NCBI RefSeq assembly: GCF_036321535.1 | Contig: NC_087436.1 | Span: 45,014,001-45,074,000, forward strand | Source of the DNA: Camelus dromedarius | Taxonomy: Eukaryota | Reading direction: 5' to 3' | DNA: 60,000 nt | Part shown: piece by piece, positions 26,154-39,406 of the stretch | How the letters are laid out: every line of letters starts with the position of its first letter | Position numbering within the stretch: the stretch's first letter is position 1 | The notes under the pieces: model-generated | The model's database searches: none | What the model saw: the letters and a program-made list of their open reading frames with translations, nothing else | What the model was told of the DNA's origin: nothing | Program-made: the position numbers and the translations under genes

Positions 26154-26232
26154 CTGCAGATTCCTGACGATAGCAGAGGCCGGGGCGGCCGTGGATTCCT
26201 GGCTCCGCCAGAGAACAAGAGAGCTGATGGTG
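26154..26232 (-). other. Candidate 79-nt cassette exon, GC/CpG-rich and open in all three frames
   Basis: Acceptor ctctctgtttctttcag|C and donor CAG|GTACGA. A stronger alternative donor GTG|GTAAGT lies at about 26077, at the edge of a MIR fragment. Confidence 0.3.
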
Positions 26233-26633
26233 CTGAAAGAAACAGAGAGCAATACGGGGACTGAGAGAGTCTGGGAAAGAAATGATTAAATACACTAGAA
26301 TGCAAACTGCTTTCAGCACCAAGTATACTATGCACTGAACTTCAGAAATTTCCAAGAATTCTTAAACTTCCGTCTAATGCATTATATGAAATGTCACTGC
26401 CTGCAGAGTTTAGATTTTTTGCTCTATGTCAGGAGGGAACACCAGCGTCTTCCCAAGTCTAATAAAAGCAGAACAGCCCTCCTAAGACCTCAGTCAATTC
26501 CATAAATCAGCATAGACCTTTGGTCTCCCCACACCCATAAATTTTTTTAATTGTATATGAATTGAAAAATCTTATTATTTCACTTAGTTCATTTGAAAGA
26601 CAAAATTTTAAAGATGTTCAGTTGAAAGTAAAA

Positions 26634-26761
26634 CTTCTAGTAATGAAAAGGAATATGAAAACAAATATATGTATGTATATGCATGACTGAAGCATTATGC
26701 TGCAGACCAGACATTGACACAACATTGTAAACTGACTATACTTCATCAATTTTTTAAAAAA
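26634..26761 (+). mobile_element. Short camelid L1 3' fragment with TSD
   Basis: 'gaatatgaaaacaaatatatgtatg...attgacacaacattgtaaactgactatacttc'. TSD gaaagtaaaa at 26624-26633 and 26762-26771. Confidence 0.9.
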
Positions 26762-28329
26762 GAAAGTAAAATGTCTTAAGAATGTACATTATCATGGACC
26801 CATTAACCATGGCTTTTCTTTTAGAATAACTACACACCAAAATAAATCCACACATAGACATGCTGAGTTGATATCCTGGGCTGTCCCCAAAAAGCTCTTA
26901 AAGAATTGTCTGGAATTCTAAGTGCCTCAAGAAACTTTCAGGGCCTACTCTGCTATAACACTCTTTTACAGAATAATGGCTGGTTAATAATGCTGGGAAC
27001 AATATTATCCTTCCCAAAGCAAAGACCAAATTTTGGAGTCCTAAAACACTTCCAAAGACATTTTAGAATTCTGGGTTTTTTTAATATTAATTTTTTAATC
27101 TCTCTACCATTTAACCCTCCATGGAATGAAGGGGTGGGGGTGGGAGGTGGTAAAAATTTCCCTCTGTTAACAGATAGTTATATTCAATAAAACAAAGTAA
27201 GTATTCAAATAGCTGGGGAAATATAATGATTTTCTGAGTTGAGGTGATTTACCTATGGTAGTAGGATTGCTGTACTGGCTTTAAGTTAATGACTGCTTTT
27301 AAAAAAATCATATTTCTGAAACCAAATCAAGTTCTTTTTTGCCAAATTCTTGAAACTAAACAGCCTAAAACAAACAGAAGGAGACAAAAAAAGATTTAGG
27401 GAAAATCATTTTTGTCTCGTATTTCATGAATCTTATCTCCAACTTAGGGTTTCTACAAACAGAAGTCGAATCAAATAAAATGATTAAAAGTAGAACTAGC
27501 TCATTATATATAGAAGAAAATCTATGAATCATAAAAAAAAATCCTAATTTATGATACATGAAGCCCTACTAGACTATTCTAATCACTATGAACCATTTAA
27601 ATATAATAATTATTGAAGTATTAAAGCATAAAATCTCTCCATTAAAAGCGTGCTAGGATTACCTAATAGTCTAACAACCATAGGAAAGTCCATATTTCTG
27701 TGCTGGTTGTAAACAGTGTGATGTTTCTTCAGAACTAGAACATGATTCAGAACATTTCAAAAACTTCTTTATGGCATGGTTAACTGTAAAATCCATTTAA
27801 AAATTTGAAGTTAAAAAAAAAGATATAAATCCTATGTTTCTCTTTGTATTTTGCAAATTTTATTGCATCAGTCAAAAAATGTGACTCGGGTAGTAAAATG
27901 GAACTGTTGCTCAGTGTAATGGTATGTGTTTGAAATACAACCCATTTGCTCTTCATTCATTTTGCCTTTGTAGTTGGCAACATTACAACTTTTTTTTCTA
28001 TAAAATATTCTTTGTGGTACTGTTATCATATTCATAGAATTTCTTCATTTTATCTTTCTTGATAAAATATTTTCCACCCACGTCTGCTTTTTATCACTTT
28101 ACAACTTACTGCCACGTGCCCTTTTGTCTTGGCAAGGTTTATGAAGTGTCTCAGCTAAGAAAACGCCTGAACCGGCTTATCAACGGGCATTTGTCGCCTG
28201 GGACTGGAGTGACCACAAGGCATTATCTGAGGGTCACTACTGGATGGTCCTCCCTCTTTCTCGAGCATCATGTTTTATGATCACACTGAAAAAGCAAACC
28301 AAATTTTTTTTTTTTTTCATAATTTACAG

Positions 28330-28880
28330 CACAACAACTGGCCGGGCATTCATTAGCATCCCTCTCTCTGCACCCGGTGTGTAGATTTTCCATAAATCAC
28401 AAACACGTAGGGCGTTCCTTGCTCCTCTCTGTGCCAGCCGGCGCATCGCAGTGCAGGGAGGACACGGTGGCAGCTGAGCGAGTTGAGCGTTTAAATACCC
28501 TACTCATCCCTGGGTTTGGCTTCCTTACATTCATCTAGCTGTTTATGGACACCCAAAAGCTCCAAAAGCTGTTTTCCTTGGCTGTGAATCGGACTCTATA
28601 AAGTCTGTCTTAGTAAGAGTATTGTATTCCTGTCCTTTAAAACCTAGCCAGGTACTTTTCAGCTTTGGCAGCTTCTCTGATGCCTGCGCTGGCAGGCTTT
28701 ATTCCTTTACAATCACTGACAACACAGCTCCGAGCACGCTGCGGCACCAAGTCGTCGTGCACGTGACGGTTCAAGAACAATCGCTCTCCGCCCCCAAACA
28801 GCTTATATTTGCTCGGCATTGGGACACGGTGAATTATGCCTCCTATGAGTAAGGGAAATACCAAAACATGAGTCAGTTTA
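28330..28880 (-). promoter_or_regulatory. CpG-enriched candidate internal promoter or enhancer
   Basis: Roughly two dozen CpGs in about 550 bp against a depleted background. In minus-strand order: AP-1 TGAGTCA (28869-28875), CCAAT (28818-28822), GC box GGGGGCGGAG (28786-28795), E-box GTCACGTG (28760-28767), TATTTAAA (28490-28497). Confidence 0.5.
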
Positions 28881-29944
28881 TTCATTTAGAAAAACAAAAA
28901 GGTCCTCATCAGACCTTCATAAAAATGAATTACTCTGATCAGCTATGGTAGGTACAACTCTAGGCAGTTTGTGGAATAAAAAAAAAAAAGGAAATTATAT
29001 GATCCTTGTCATTAAAGAGCATTGTTAGAAAACTCCAAATACATGCCTGTAAAATAACTGGCGACTCTTATAAAACAAAGAAAGTGATGAGAATGAGCAG
29101 TGCACTATCAACTGAATGTATAACAGTAAAAAAGAAATTCATTTCCATATAGAGAAAGGGTATGTGTCTTTTACACTGAAAGTATATTCAACAGAAGAAA
29201 AATTTGGTGCAATGATCATAGAGTTTGGAAAACCAAAATGATCTGGTTAAACAAAACTGTCCCTGTACCTATTTTTGTTGACATCAGCGATCACTGATAT
29301 ATTAGACTTAGCTTATAATAATCCCAACGAACATTTGGCACTTATTTTATCTGGCTTTACATCCAGTCTTAGATTGCCTTCAGAAAGCAAAGCCTGACAC
29401 AGAAGTTCGTGGGCTGCTGTTCTATTAAGCAGTGCAACCCCAGGGAGCAACAGCGAGGGACAGAGGCAAGGAGGATGTAAAGGAGGTTGTAAAGGAGGTA
29501 AAGCCATTCAGAAAATGTATTACCGGGCTGGTCCCCTCTCTGTGAAACTGACTGCTTAATCGTTACTGCATCATCCTCCCAAAAGTTTTGTAATTGCATC
29601 TTAGACTGCCTCTCCAGAAGAAGGAGAGAGAGATTTTATCCTAGTCCTCATCTTTCAGTTGTCAAGGACGGCCACAGAGCTACTTCTTCCCCTACGTTTC
29701 TGGGCTGAGCGTGCGGGGACCCTGAGCAGTGTCCCAGGGCTCCCCCTTCTCAGCCTCAAGAGGAAAAATCCAAGGCAGGCAGCGAATGCACTGGGTGCCA
29801 GTGTCGGGGAGGCGCTGTCAAGGGACGTCTTGCATGAGGCTGAGTCCCTTCCAGCTGCAGCACCTGCACAGGACTGAGCACAAGGTGAGAAGGGAACAAG
29901 GTGAACTGGGGTGGGGGTGGGGGGTCTGAAGTGGGACATGGAGG

Positions 29945-30090
29945 TGTCTGATAACACATGTCACTTCATTTAATGCTCCCAGCATTTACCTACTCCCAGA
30001 GAGTAGGTGTACTTATATCCCCACACGACATGAGGAAACAGAGGTTCGGTGAGCTTAAGAAGCTTGCCCAAAAGCACGTAGCTATTAGCA
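29945..30090 (-). mobile_element. MIR fragment
   Basis: 'catgaggaaacagaggttcggtgagcttaagaagcttgcccaaaagcacgtagcta'. Confidence 0.75.
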
Positions 30091-30659
30091 ACCTGTAATT
30101 AAGAAAGTTTAAACCTGTTCTATTATTATCAATTCAGTCAGAACAATAGATTGTGTTTCCCATGAACATAAGTGTAAAAACATAAACATATGATCTCATT
30201 TAGTGAAAAGAGAAATTCTTAACCTGATCTTCCCAATTATCACACACCTATGAGTGACTATAACAGTGGGCAGACACCAGCCTCCTGGGCCCCACCCCTA
30301 CTCCCATCTCATTTCTAGCAATCCCGGACAGACATAAATTCAAAACTTCTAACTTTAATTTCTAGGAGTGAGTCCTTCTAAGAATGGAACACAAACAAAA
30401 TAAAATAAAGCACTTTTCTACTCAAATAAGGACCGTAATGGCAAGGGTGCCCTGGTGTGGCACGGAGGTAGGACGTGTGCAGGACAGAAGAGAAGAATTA
30501 CAAGTTGAAGGGATAACAGACTAGACATAAGGCATCTTCAGTCTACCCAGTGAAGAGTCAAGGTCATTTACTCCAAGTTAACCGTGCGTTCATGGAGGGC
30601 AGCAGCGTGTCTCCCCATCCTCATAGCCCTACCTCCCAGCTGACTGCCAGGCACCTACT

Positions 30660-30900
30660 CGGTGCTCATTCACTTATTCTTTCAGTCAATAACTATTTAT
30701 TGAGAATCACCTATATGCCAGCATCTATTCCATAGGCTGAAATGCAGCATTGAACAGAGCTGACGAATTTCTTGTCTTCATGGAGTTTACAGTCAAATGA
30801 GGGCAGATGTTCAAATTACAAAAAATATAAGCTAATTTCATGGGATGATGTGTTAATAAGAAAAGTATTTGGTGGGCTAAACTGATTTGAAAGAGTTAAG
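30660..30900 (-). mobile_element. L2 3' end
   Basis: 'cattcacttattctttcagtcaataactatttattgagaatcacctatatgccagc...tcttcatggagtttacagtc'. Confidence 0.75.
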
Positions 30901-31639
30901 GTAGAAGGGAGTGTTAAATTGTTATCTGAAGGAGACCAAAATAAAAGGCTTTAAATACTCACTGGTGTATTTGTTTTAACATCAAAAAAAAAAAAAAAGA
31001 GAAAGAGAAGCATTTCAACTTCTTTGAGCTGTTGTTTCATTACCTGTAAAATGAAGATAAAATCAACTTCACAAAGATTTTTAAGGTTAAAAGATATTAT
31101 AAGTGAAATTATCCTCTAAAATACAAAAACAAGTATTAGTTGTTGTTATGGCTCTGGTATTGTATCCATCTTTTACTCTTAAAACGTGAATCTGTCACTT
31201 TACAGATTTGTAAGAGCCTCTACTGCCTACAGGGGCACACACACACACATGCATGCACACACACATATTTTTCAGAGGAATAGTCTCTCATTTCCCAAAC
31301 AAATTAGCTTCTCTCTCATCATTGATCCATTTGAGAAATTTTTAAAATGAGAGAGAGAATGTTTGAGCAAATAGTTCTGCAAAAGCATATAACTGGCAGC
31401 CAAACAAAACTCTGCTGATTAAGGAAGCTATTTCAGTAAACTCAATCCATCCCATTCAAGCATCTTGATTATTTGAAAGATGAAACTCAATGTCATATAA
31501 GCAACAAGACCTTTGAGAGCTTGGAACTTGATGAAAAAGTGAACTCTGACTATATCTGCTTTTGTATGAGGCTCAATAAAACAAAGAGATAAATAGCGTT
31601 CAAAAATGATAAATGTTACATTTTATTACCTGTTAAAAG

Positions 31640-31641
<2 letters not shown>

Positions 31642-31691
<50 letters not shown>

Positions 31692-31705
31692 TATATACAT
31701 ATATA
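31642..31705. repeat. (TA)n microsatellite with (CA) interruption
   Basis: Seen directly in sequence. Confidence 0.95.
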
Positions 31706-32112
31706 TTTTTTATTTTTTTAAGAGAGAAAGGGCTGTACTCAAAGTCCAAAGTTTGGTTTTACAGACACTTAGAAGCATCTGTCTAGAAAAGAAGAGAAAA
31801 TTCAATCAAAATGTAGATTTGCACAACAATATTTTGCTCTATATGTGCATTTAATAGGTAAATCATTGCATTAATATTCAAAATGCAGCCACCTCTGCTG
31901 CCAAAATAACATCTCTTGTTTTATAACTAAAGTTTCTTGGGAGAAGTGGAATACATTCTAGGTGCAATTTAGCAGTGTGAACACTTGCTAATAATGGACC
32001 GCTCTTAATCTGGGGCCCTTAATCCCACTTAAAGTGTTTTTATTATGAGAAGTGATTAAGTACAGAGCACTTACTACATTCACAACATAGTAATTATTTG
32101 AAGTCAACTCAC

Positions 32113-32182
32113 TATAACTGAAATTTATATGTTGAAGGATGGCACGGACCTGATCATCCAAGTTTACAACTTGAAATGCCAT
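32113..32182 (-). CDS. Candidate first coding exon (MAFQVVNLDDQVRAILQHINFSY, ends phase 1)
   Basis: ATG at 32182, 23 codons plus 1 nt, donor ATA|GTGAGT. A competing upstream ACCATGGCAA|GTATGT (donor at 32188) is also phase 1. Confidence 0.3.
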
Positions 32183-33159
32183 ACATACTTGCCATGGTAT
32201 ACACTTAGAAATTTAACAAATCATTGTCTTCTCCTTTACTTGCCAGGCTCAACTTGAACATGAAAAGGACATCTGACCTGCATTTAATGACCAAACCTGT
32301 TAACAACTTTGTCCTGCTACCTGCATCCTAGTTCGACCCAAATGTAATACTTGATGTACATTACATCATAATACATAAGCACCAGATGTACAGCCTTAGT
32401 TTCATTAGCATGGAAAGGCGTTCATGGCAGTTGTTAACAGAGGCTATTTAAACAACTACATTTTGTAGTATTTTTTAAATTCTGTATCTGACTCCAGAGA
32501 AGAGTTGAGGTGGAGCTCATATAAATCACATCAACCAAAACATTCAACGTATGTGAAAAGCGCTCCATTCCCCGATATAGTCAGTGTAGGATGATTTATA
32601 TTTGTCCACAGCATCTGCTAAGAAAAACTGCAGTTAGATGTCATTGTTAGATTCTCATTTTACTTGTTTCTTGTGTGATCTGCCCATTTGCTCTCATAAG
32701 AGTTTACACACCTAATTTAACATTGAATTAAATTTAAAGGACTTTCATAGACATTTGTCAGCATTGCCTATGGATAATAGAGTTAACAATAAGATTACTA
32801 CTCCTACCACCACCACAACCCCACCCTACTCCAAGAACTTGGAAACAAGCTTGCATGCTGGGAGAGGGGGTGCATAATCAATGTAAAGTGGACTGGAGAG
32901 GAGATGGCCAAAAGAACTTGATTGTAACCTAGGTTAAGTATTATATTTAAATGGGAAAGAAGTCAGTCAAACAGGAGTTAGGTCAGTCACTGAAGCCTAG
33001 GTCAAAAAGAGGCACAGATACAGACATACGTCTACTGTACAATTATAAAACTAACCTCCTCTCATGTTTTCTATTTCTCAAGTAAAATGACCAGACAGAG
33101 AGGTCATGAGTAGGTATTCAGTAAAAAAAAAAAGAACAATTCATTTGAGCTTTACTCAC

Positions 33160-33266
33160 TGTAGAATAACACACTGGTGTTCTGCTGTTGCATAGTTGTT
33201 TTCTGTGAGATTTGTGGGCATGAATCAGGATCCCTGAACTTGACCTGCTGTCAGCTAATACAGTGT
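33160..33266 (-). other. Candidate exon ending at donor ACA|GTGAGT
   Basis: Either a 107-nt cassette (acceptor ccccttcctgattgacttag|; DTVLADSRSSSGILIHAHKSHRKQLCNSRTPVCYST) or a first exon starting at ATG 33221 (MPTNLTENNYATAEHQCVIL, phase 2) or ATG 33193 (phase 1). Confidence 0.28.
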
Positions 33267-33694
33267 CTAAGTCAATCAGGAAGGGGACAGACCAAGACCA
33301 CACCACATTTGCTGGCTTTTGGGAAAGAGTCAGTGTTTTTTTTCTCAATGAGAATCTCACTTCACTCTTTAATTTTCCCTTCAAACTTCTATAAAGCTGT
33401 AAGAAAGTAAAAGCCTCAGAAAAACAATTTCCTATACTTTACACCTGTTAATCTCAGATTATTTTCAGTAAAATCGACTGTTTCACAAAGTAAGGTTCCT
33501 GAAATTTTAGAAGAGGGGACTTAACAAAGAGGGTTGTTGAAATAATGACTGGAGTCTAGTCACTAGACCCTGAGTCCCTCAGCATGGCACAGGGACTAGG
33601 CATCAGGGGAGAAATGGCATCTTATATTTCTCTAAAGCCCTTCCACATCTCCCCCAGAAGTCTGCCTTCCCTACATTGCGTGCAGCTGGGAAGA

Positions 33695-33990
33695 CAGTAA
33701 TAGCAACAGTGGTGATCATAATAGCTAGTATCTGTGGGTCTCTGATATGTGCCAGTCACCTTGATAAGCTTCATATATATTTCATATCATTTAACATATA
33801 CATGAATTTATACCCATTTAATCTTTGCAATAATCCTATACTATAGATATTATCATCTTTCCCGTTTTGTAAATAAGGAAATTAAAATTTTGAGTGCTTC
33901 TGTAATTTACCCAATATTATACAGCTAATAAATGAGGCTAGAATTTTAGCCCAAGCCTTTCCAAACCCATAAACCATGCAGTTGATCACT
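33695..33990 (-). mobile_element. MIR SINE
   Basis: 'tatgtgccagtcaccttgataagc...tttaatctttgcaataatcctat...cccgttttgtaaataaggaaattaa...aatttacccaatattatacagcta'. Confidence 0.75.
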
Positions 33991-34494
33991 AACCCATCTA
34001 TTGCTACCAACAAGTGCACCTAAGTTATTCTTGAGCCTCTTGATAATTCTTCTTAGAAAATTCTTACCCCAATTTTTGAGACCATTGTATAAATACCATT
34101 ATATATAATAATATTATAGAATAGTATTATATAAATTGTATGAATACTATTTCTGGTTATTTACCTTGAAATTGTCTCCTTCAGAAACAGCCCCTGCTTT
34201 TAAAGTTTTGGAAATAGTAGCAGCAGATACCTACCCATGAGAATAATATTTACTCTTATCCTTTTTCTCTTCCAGTCTGAAAGAACTCCAACTGTTTAGT
34301 TTCATTACAGGCAGCCTCTTCCGACCTACTCCTGGGTCTTTGCTAGTCTGTTCTTACAAATACATTAGTGACAACAGCAAGTAGCACCGAGAACTGCACC
34401 TGCAGACAAATCTGATTTTGAACGATGTTTTTCTGAATAATGTTTTTTCTAATACACAAAAAAATGTGCAAATGAGGAAACTTGCAGGTGTATG

Positions 34495-34730
34495 AGGGCT
34501 TTTTTAAAAATATGTATAAAGTCATCAATGTAGAAGAGGGATTAGTTTTGCTTTATAGATCACCACAGAGTAGGATAGTAACTGTCAGAAAGGAGCTATT
34601 TCCATTCAAAATCAGGAAATTCTTTGTAATGTTCTGAGAGTCCAACAGATTCGGCTCCAAGGAAATGGATTCCCGAAGCAGAACTGGAGGGCCACTTTGT
34701 ACAAATATTAAAATCATGATGCTACACTGT
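34495..34730 (+). mobile_element. L3/CR1 3' remnant
   Basis: 'aaatatgtataaagtcatcaatgtagaagagggattag...atttccattcaaaatcaggaaattctttgtaatg'. Confidence 0.45.
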
Positions 34731-35934
34731 CTTCGAGGCCTGTTCGACTTCAGTATTCCGTATTTCTTTTTGATGACACTCAGCTTCTTCCAAGTTTAAA
34801 AGCCCAACAGTTAATACCTTTAAATATTTTTAGAATGACTGCTACACTTTATTGAATAAATTCGCTCTGGAAAAAAAGGGATTCTTCTTGAACTATTAAC
34901 TGACCACAACTGAAATAATAGGGCTAACTGCAGTAATACAGAACAATTATTCTTCTGGTTAGGTCTGTATTGAGTAGCCTTTTGGAAAGCAACCACATGT
35001 TCTTTCATCCAATCTGTTGGTCATTTATTGGATTATTGTTCTACTCCTGTATATCAGCTAATGTTATTACCAGGAGATAAATTTATTTTAAAAAAACATG
35101 GTCTTTCTTTTAAGGACCTCAAGACAATTAATAAGGAAGATACATAAACAACTATCCTAAAGGTGACAAATGCAAGAATAAAGGTCTGCATAAAATTCTA
35201 CAAGACCCCAGAAGAAGAAACGATGTCTTTATATCTATTTAACATGGAGCTATCTTGTACATAAGAAGATTGACTAACAGGAAAATTAAGTCAGTTATTG
35301 CTACTTCTTTCCTCTTTTTTGACAGCCTGTCTCCTCTTCCTTCTTTTCAACATCTGTTTCTTGTATTATAGGTCCTGACTTCTTTATATAATTTTATATT
35401 ATCCCATATAATAATAATCACATTATGAGGATGATTTGTACATGTTTTTAAAGTTCTTCTTTTCCTTTTAAGCAATTAGTTCTCAGACTTATCTTTTATT
35501 TTGAATTCAGAAATATTGCCAATCTCCTTTTATAATGTAGATATATAAGCTCTCTACTCCTGGGAACTGAAGTTCTATTCTTAAATGTTTTGTTGTCATG
35601 CATGACAATGACCCTCTGATAAGACGGTGCAAGCTTTGAGTTGAAGTTGTATTGAGTTTCCACACTTTAGTGAAGTTTTCTCACCACATTTTTGTTGATG
35701 AGGTCTTTCATTCTTCCTCTGTGTCTTTTCCACATGAGTGGAAGACGACAAATCAGAGTTAGGGGTAAAATTCACAACCAAAGGGCAGGAACTAACTGGC
35801 CCTCAATCACATAACCAACATGCTCTAGTGAAAAAAGTGGACTAAATTCAAGAGTGGTTCAAAACAGATTTTTAGCATAATAAGCATTTCCAGTTTCAGG
35901 CCAAATAACAAAGTTCTCTGAGAATCTTGGGTTA

Positions 35935-36100
35935 ATGTCATGTTTATCAAACATGCTTGATCAGAAGAATCACTCAATGGCATTCAATTGCTAGACCTCT
36001 CCCCTAAAAAGTCAGATGAAGAGGATCAGGGGTGGGATCTGAAAATATTTTCTTTTAACAAAAACCTAAAATTATCTTAACAACCAGGCAAATTTAAGAC
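35935..36100. mobile_element. MER5/MER117-type hAT-Charlie MITE remnant
   Basis: 'tttatcaaacatgcttgatcagaagaatcac...gaggatcaggggtgggatctgaaaatattttcttttaacaa...ttatcttaacaaccaggcaaattt'. Confidence 0.5.
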
Positions 36101-38689
36101 AGCTTTAACATACCACCATAAGTCATTGTCATCTACTACATATTTAATTAACTTACAGACTTCATGATATAATTCACTAATGATTTAATCCAATCCATGC
36201 CTCTTCCTGACAGCAAATACTCAGTGTACTAAAGACATTCCAAAATAAATTTGATGTGTACCTTTCTATATGTTCCCTTGTAAGAAAAATTGTTATTGAA
36301 AGACATAAACAAGGGAGAGTTATTTACACCAGTATATACAAATCTGAAGAAAGAAATGGAAACATTATACCAAAAAAATGGAAAGAAATAACAAATATGC
36401 AAACTTTAAACCCAACACTAATTAGATATACTCAAAGAGTATATTCTCCTTCCGTGACCCACACTCATGGTTTGTCATCTGTAGCTACAGCAATTCAGAC
36501 CCTCATAGCTGCTGAGCACATAAACATTCAAACAAACTTTTCCAGCACTTTACATGTATCTAGAATGCCTCATTCTTAAATCAAGATTCCTCCATTTCTT
36601 TCTAAATTAAAACATTCCCAGGCTTACAGTCCTCTTATTTTTGAAGACCTTACCCTGTATTATATCTAACATATTAAGATGATGCCTCAATCAGATTAAA
36701 TATAACTTTTCTATAAATGTTTTTTAAGATTGTTACAATCTGCCTTTTAAAAGTATTTGGCCACAAAAGCCAATTTAGGTGACAAATAGCTATGATTTCT
36801 CAGCAATTACCATGCACATTTTAGGACCCTTTAAAAAGGGGGAAAAAATGTCAGCAGCAAATTTTTCTCAAAAGTAAGAAATTTTATAAATGATAAAATT
36901 AAAGATTAATAAATGGCAGATATTTCATTAAATATTAATCTCAATTTTATAATTTCTTCCTCTGATTAGAATCAAATGAAGTATTTTTTTTTTATTTAAA
37001 GATATCAAATAATTAACAGGTCTGTGAAAAGACTGGAGGCCCTGTATGCTGTCCTTACACTGCTTAGTGGCCTGCCTCATTCACACTGTGAAATAAATCA
37101 ACTCATCTAATATTTCTCCTTTCACTGTCCCATGCTCATTCTAGAAATTCTTCACTTTTGGGGGAAACAAAATAATGTTTCTGAGGTGATCAGATTCGAT
37201 CATCTAAGAACACATTTGAGAGAGGATTTTGAGAGCATCATTTATGTCCAGAAATGGTTAACAAATTTTTCTAGTTTTAGTTGGGGGTCAGTTGCTCTTT
37301 TCTGAACCTTACTTAATCACGCTAGATAGTGAGACCTTCCTGCTGTTGGCATCTGTCACGGTGTGTCAGTTGCATTGTGGAGGAACCACACTTGGAAGGT
37401 GACAGGGGCAAGCCAGTATGAAGATAATCAGAGTCATTAATTTGCTACCTTCTCAAATGATAGACACATATACTCTGTGAACCTGTTAGGACTCTGGTCT
37501 TTTGTGTTTATTTGCACAGTTAACTTTGAAAACAATGCACTGCATACTTCTCAAACATGTATCTAAGAGCAGCAATTCAGTGTCTATATGAACTAAGTCA
37601 TTTATCACTTGGAGGACTCAGAATGAACTGACTCTCAAATCCTGAGTTGGATAAAGAATTTTATTTTTCTCATTACTAGTTTGATGATAACAGTTAGATC
37701 TAGAAATAGCAGCACACCAGCAAACGTCTCCTTCTCAATATCTGTGTCTGAGTTGGCAGCATAAATGCTGACAATCTTATATGCAGTCCTGCTCTGCTAA
37801 GATCTGCAGACTTAACTGTGTTTAGGTAGTTCAGATAAGCTTTGAATAAGCATCTGAATTTCCTGGTGCTTATGGAAAATGAACCAAATTCCTCTCCTTT
37901 GGAGATTCACTTATGTCTGATTCTAATGCATTCATGTAGGAATAATAGAAGGTCTTGCTTTACATACCTAAGCTTACCATTAATATTAAACAATGAATTT
38001 AATGTTGTCAGCCATGTGGTCCTTCATTCATTCCAATGAGCAGGAATCTTTTGTGTTTATTTTATTTCCAGCTGGTAAAATGCTATGTTACTTTCTTTTT
38101 CTTAAAACGACTGCTGTCTTTCTCTGGGGAATTGAGGCATTTCACAGAAAAGTGCCATCACGATTCCAAAAGACGGCAAGATATAAAAACCATAAAATTG
38201 TACATAGTGTCAGGATGCAGGAACGTAACAGCAGAGGAGGCTGCTGGTAATGGGCTTTGTGTTCCTGGTTTAGTTAAAATCCAGTTACTGCTTCCATTTG
38301 TTTATATATTGGGTTCCTGTTAACATTGATTACTTGCTGTTACTTTCCTTTACCAAATTAAATTTGCACATTGGAAAGTTGAACACCACTAGGAACATTT
38401 ATTTCCTCATAATTGATTTGCTTGAGATGAGAATAAGTGGTCACTTAGCTAGTGAGCATATGTGGTCCATGAGTCCAAAGGACACATTTCTAGAGATGTT
38501 TTCTGAGCCCCTAGAAAAACTTACAAATGTATGGTCCCCTTTCTAAAAACCAAAATATCAGACTGCTGATTCAGGGAAGCTAACCAACAGTGTATAATTA
38601 TTTTAAACAAACTTTAAAGCCAAATTTTTTAACTCTAAATATGTTTTGCCACTAAAAACAAATAAAAAACAAAACAGAACATTGACTAA

Positions 38690-38920
38690 TACGTTTAACC
38701 TCCTGCAATCTTCCAGGCACTGCAATATTTGCTCTCTCCCAGTCCTTTTCTTCATTCTCACAACTTTTTGGTGGAGGCGGTATGCCTCCTCCCTTTCTTA
38801 TAGGTGAGGAAACTCAGGTACAGAGTAACCTTGGGTAATCTGCCCACCATCACACAGGTATTAAGCAACTAACTGGGATTTAAATCTGGTCTCTATAATG
38901 TAAAAGACATTGCTCATTTA
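38690..38920 (-). mobile_element. MIR SINE
   Basis: 'ttataggtgaggaaactcaggtacagag...taatctgcccaccatcacacagg...ctgggatttaaatctggtct'. Confidence 0.8.
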
Positions 38921-39247
38921 CTAGTTTTGATCTCAACATAAGATTAAATATAAACTTGTTTATCACGAACTCACTTCCCAGCTTCTGCAGCTCCACCTGG
39001 TGTCAAAGTCCACAAAGGTTTTTCTTCCACCATCAGTGAACCTCCCTTAACTTCTTTACTTCTCAGTGTCCTCAGCTACAAAATGGGGACTTGCATAACT
39101 ACTCCCGTGGGCTATGGCAAGGATGTTGTAGGATGATGTCTGTAGCGTGCCTAGCAGGCCATTCCCCGCCTCCAGAACCGTTTCGCACCACCTCCTTATA
39201 ACTCCATCTGCCAGCCACCAAACAAGAGAAAGGTCTAGTCGGCTTTT

Positions 39248-39406
39248 TTTTTTTTTTAACATTTTTTATTGATTTATAATCATTTTACAATGTTGTGTCA
39301 AATTCCAGTGTTCAGCACAATTTTTCAGTTATACGTGAACATACATATATTCATTGTCACATTTTTTTCTCTGTGAGCTACCATAAGATCTTGTATATAT
39401 TTCCCT
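39248..39406 (-). mobile_element. Young camelid L1 3' fragment of a distinct subfamily, with TSD
   Basis: Pure poly-T then 'aacattttttattgatttataatcattttacaatgttgtgtcaaattccagtgttcagcac...'. Its 3' UTR differs from the 7277/54020 type. TSD ggctttt at 39241-39247 and 39407-39413. Confidence 0.85.
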
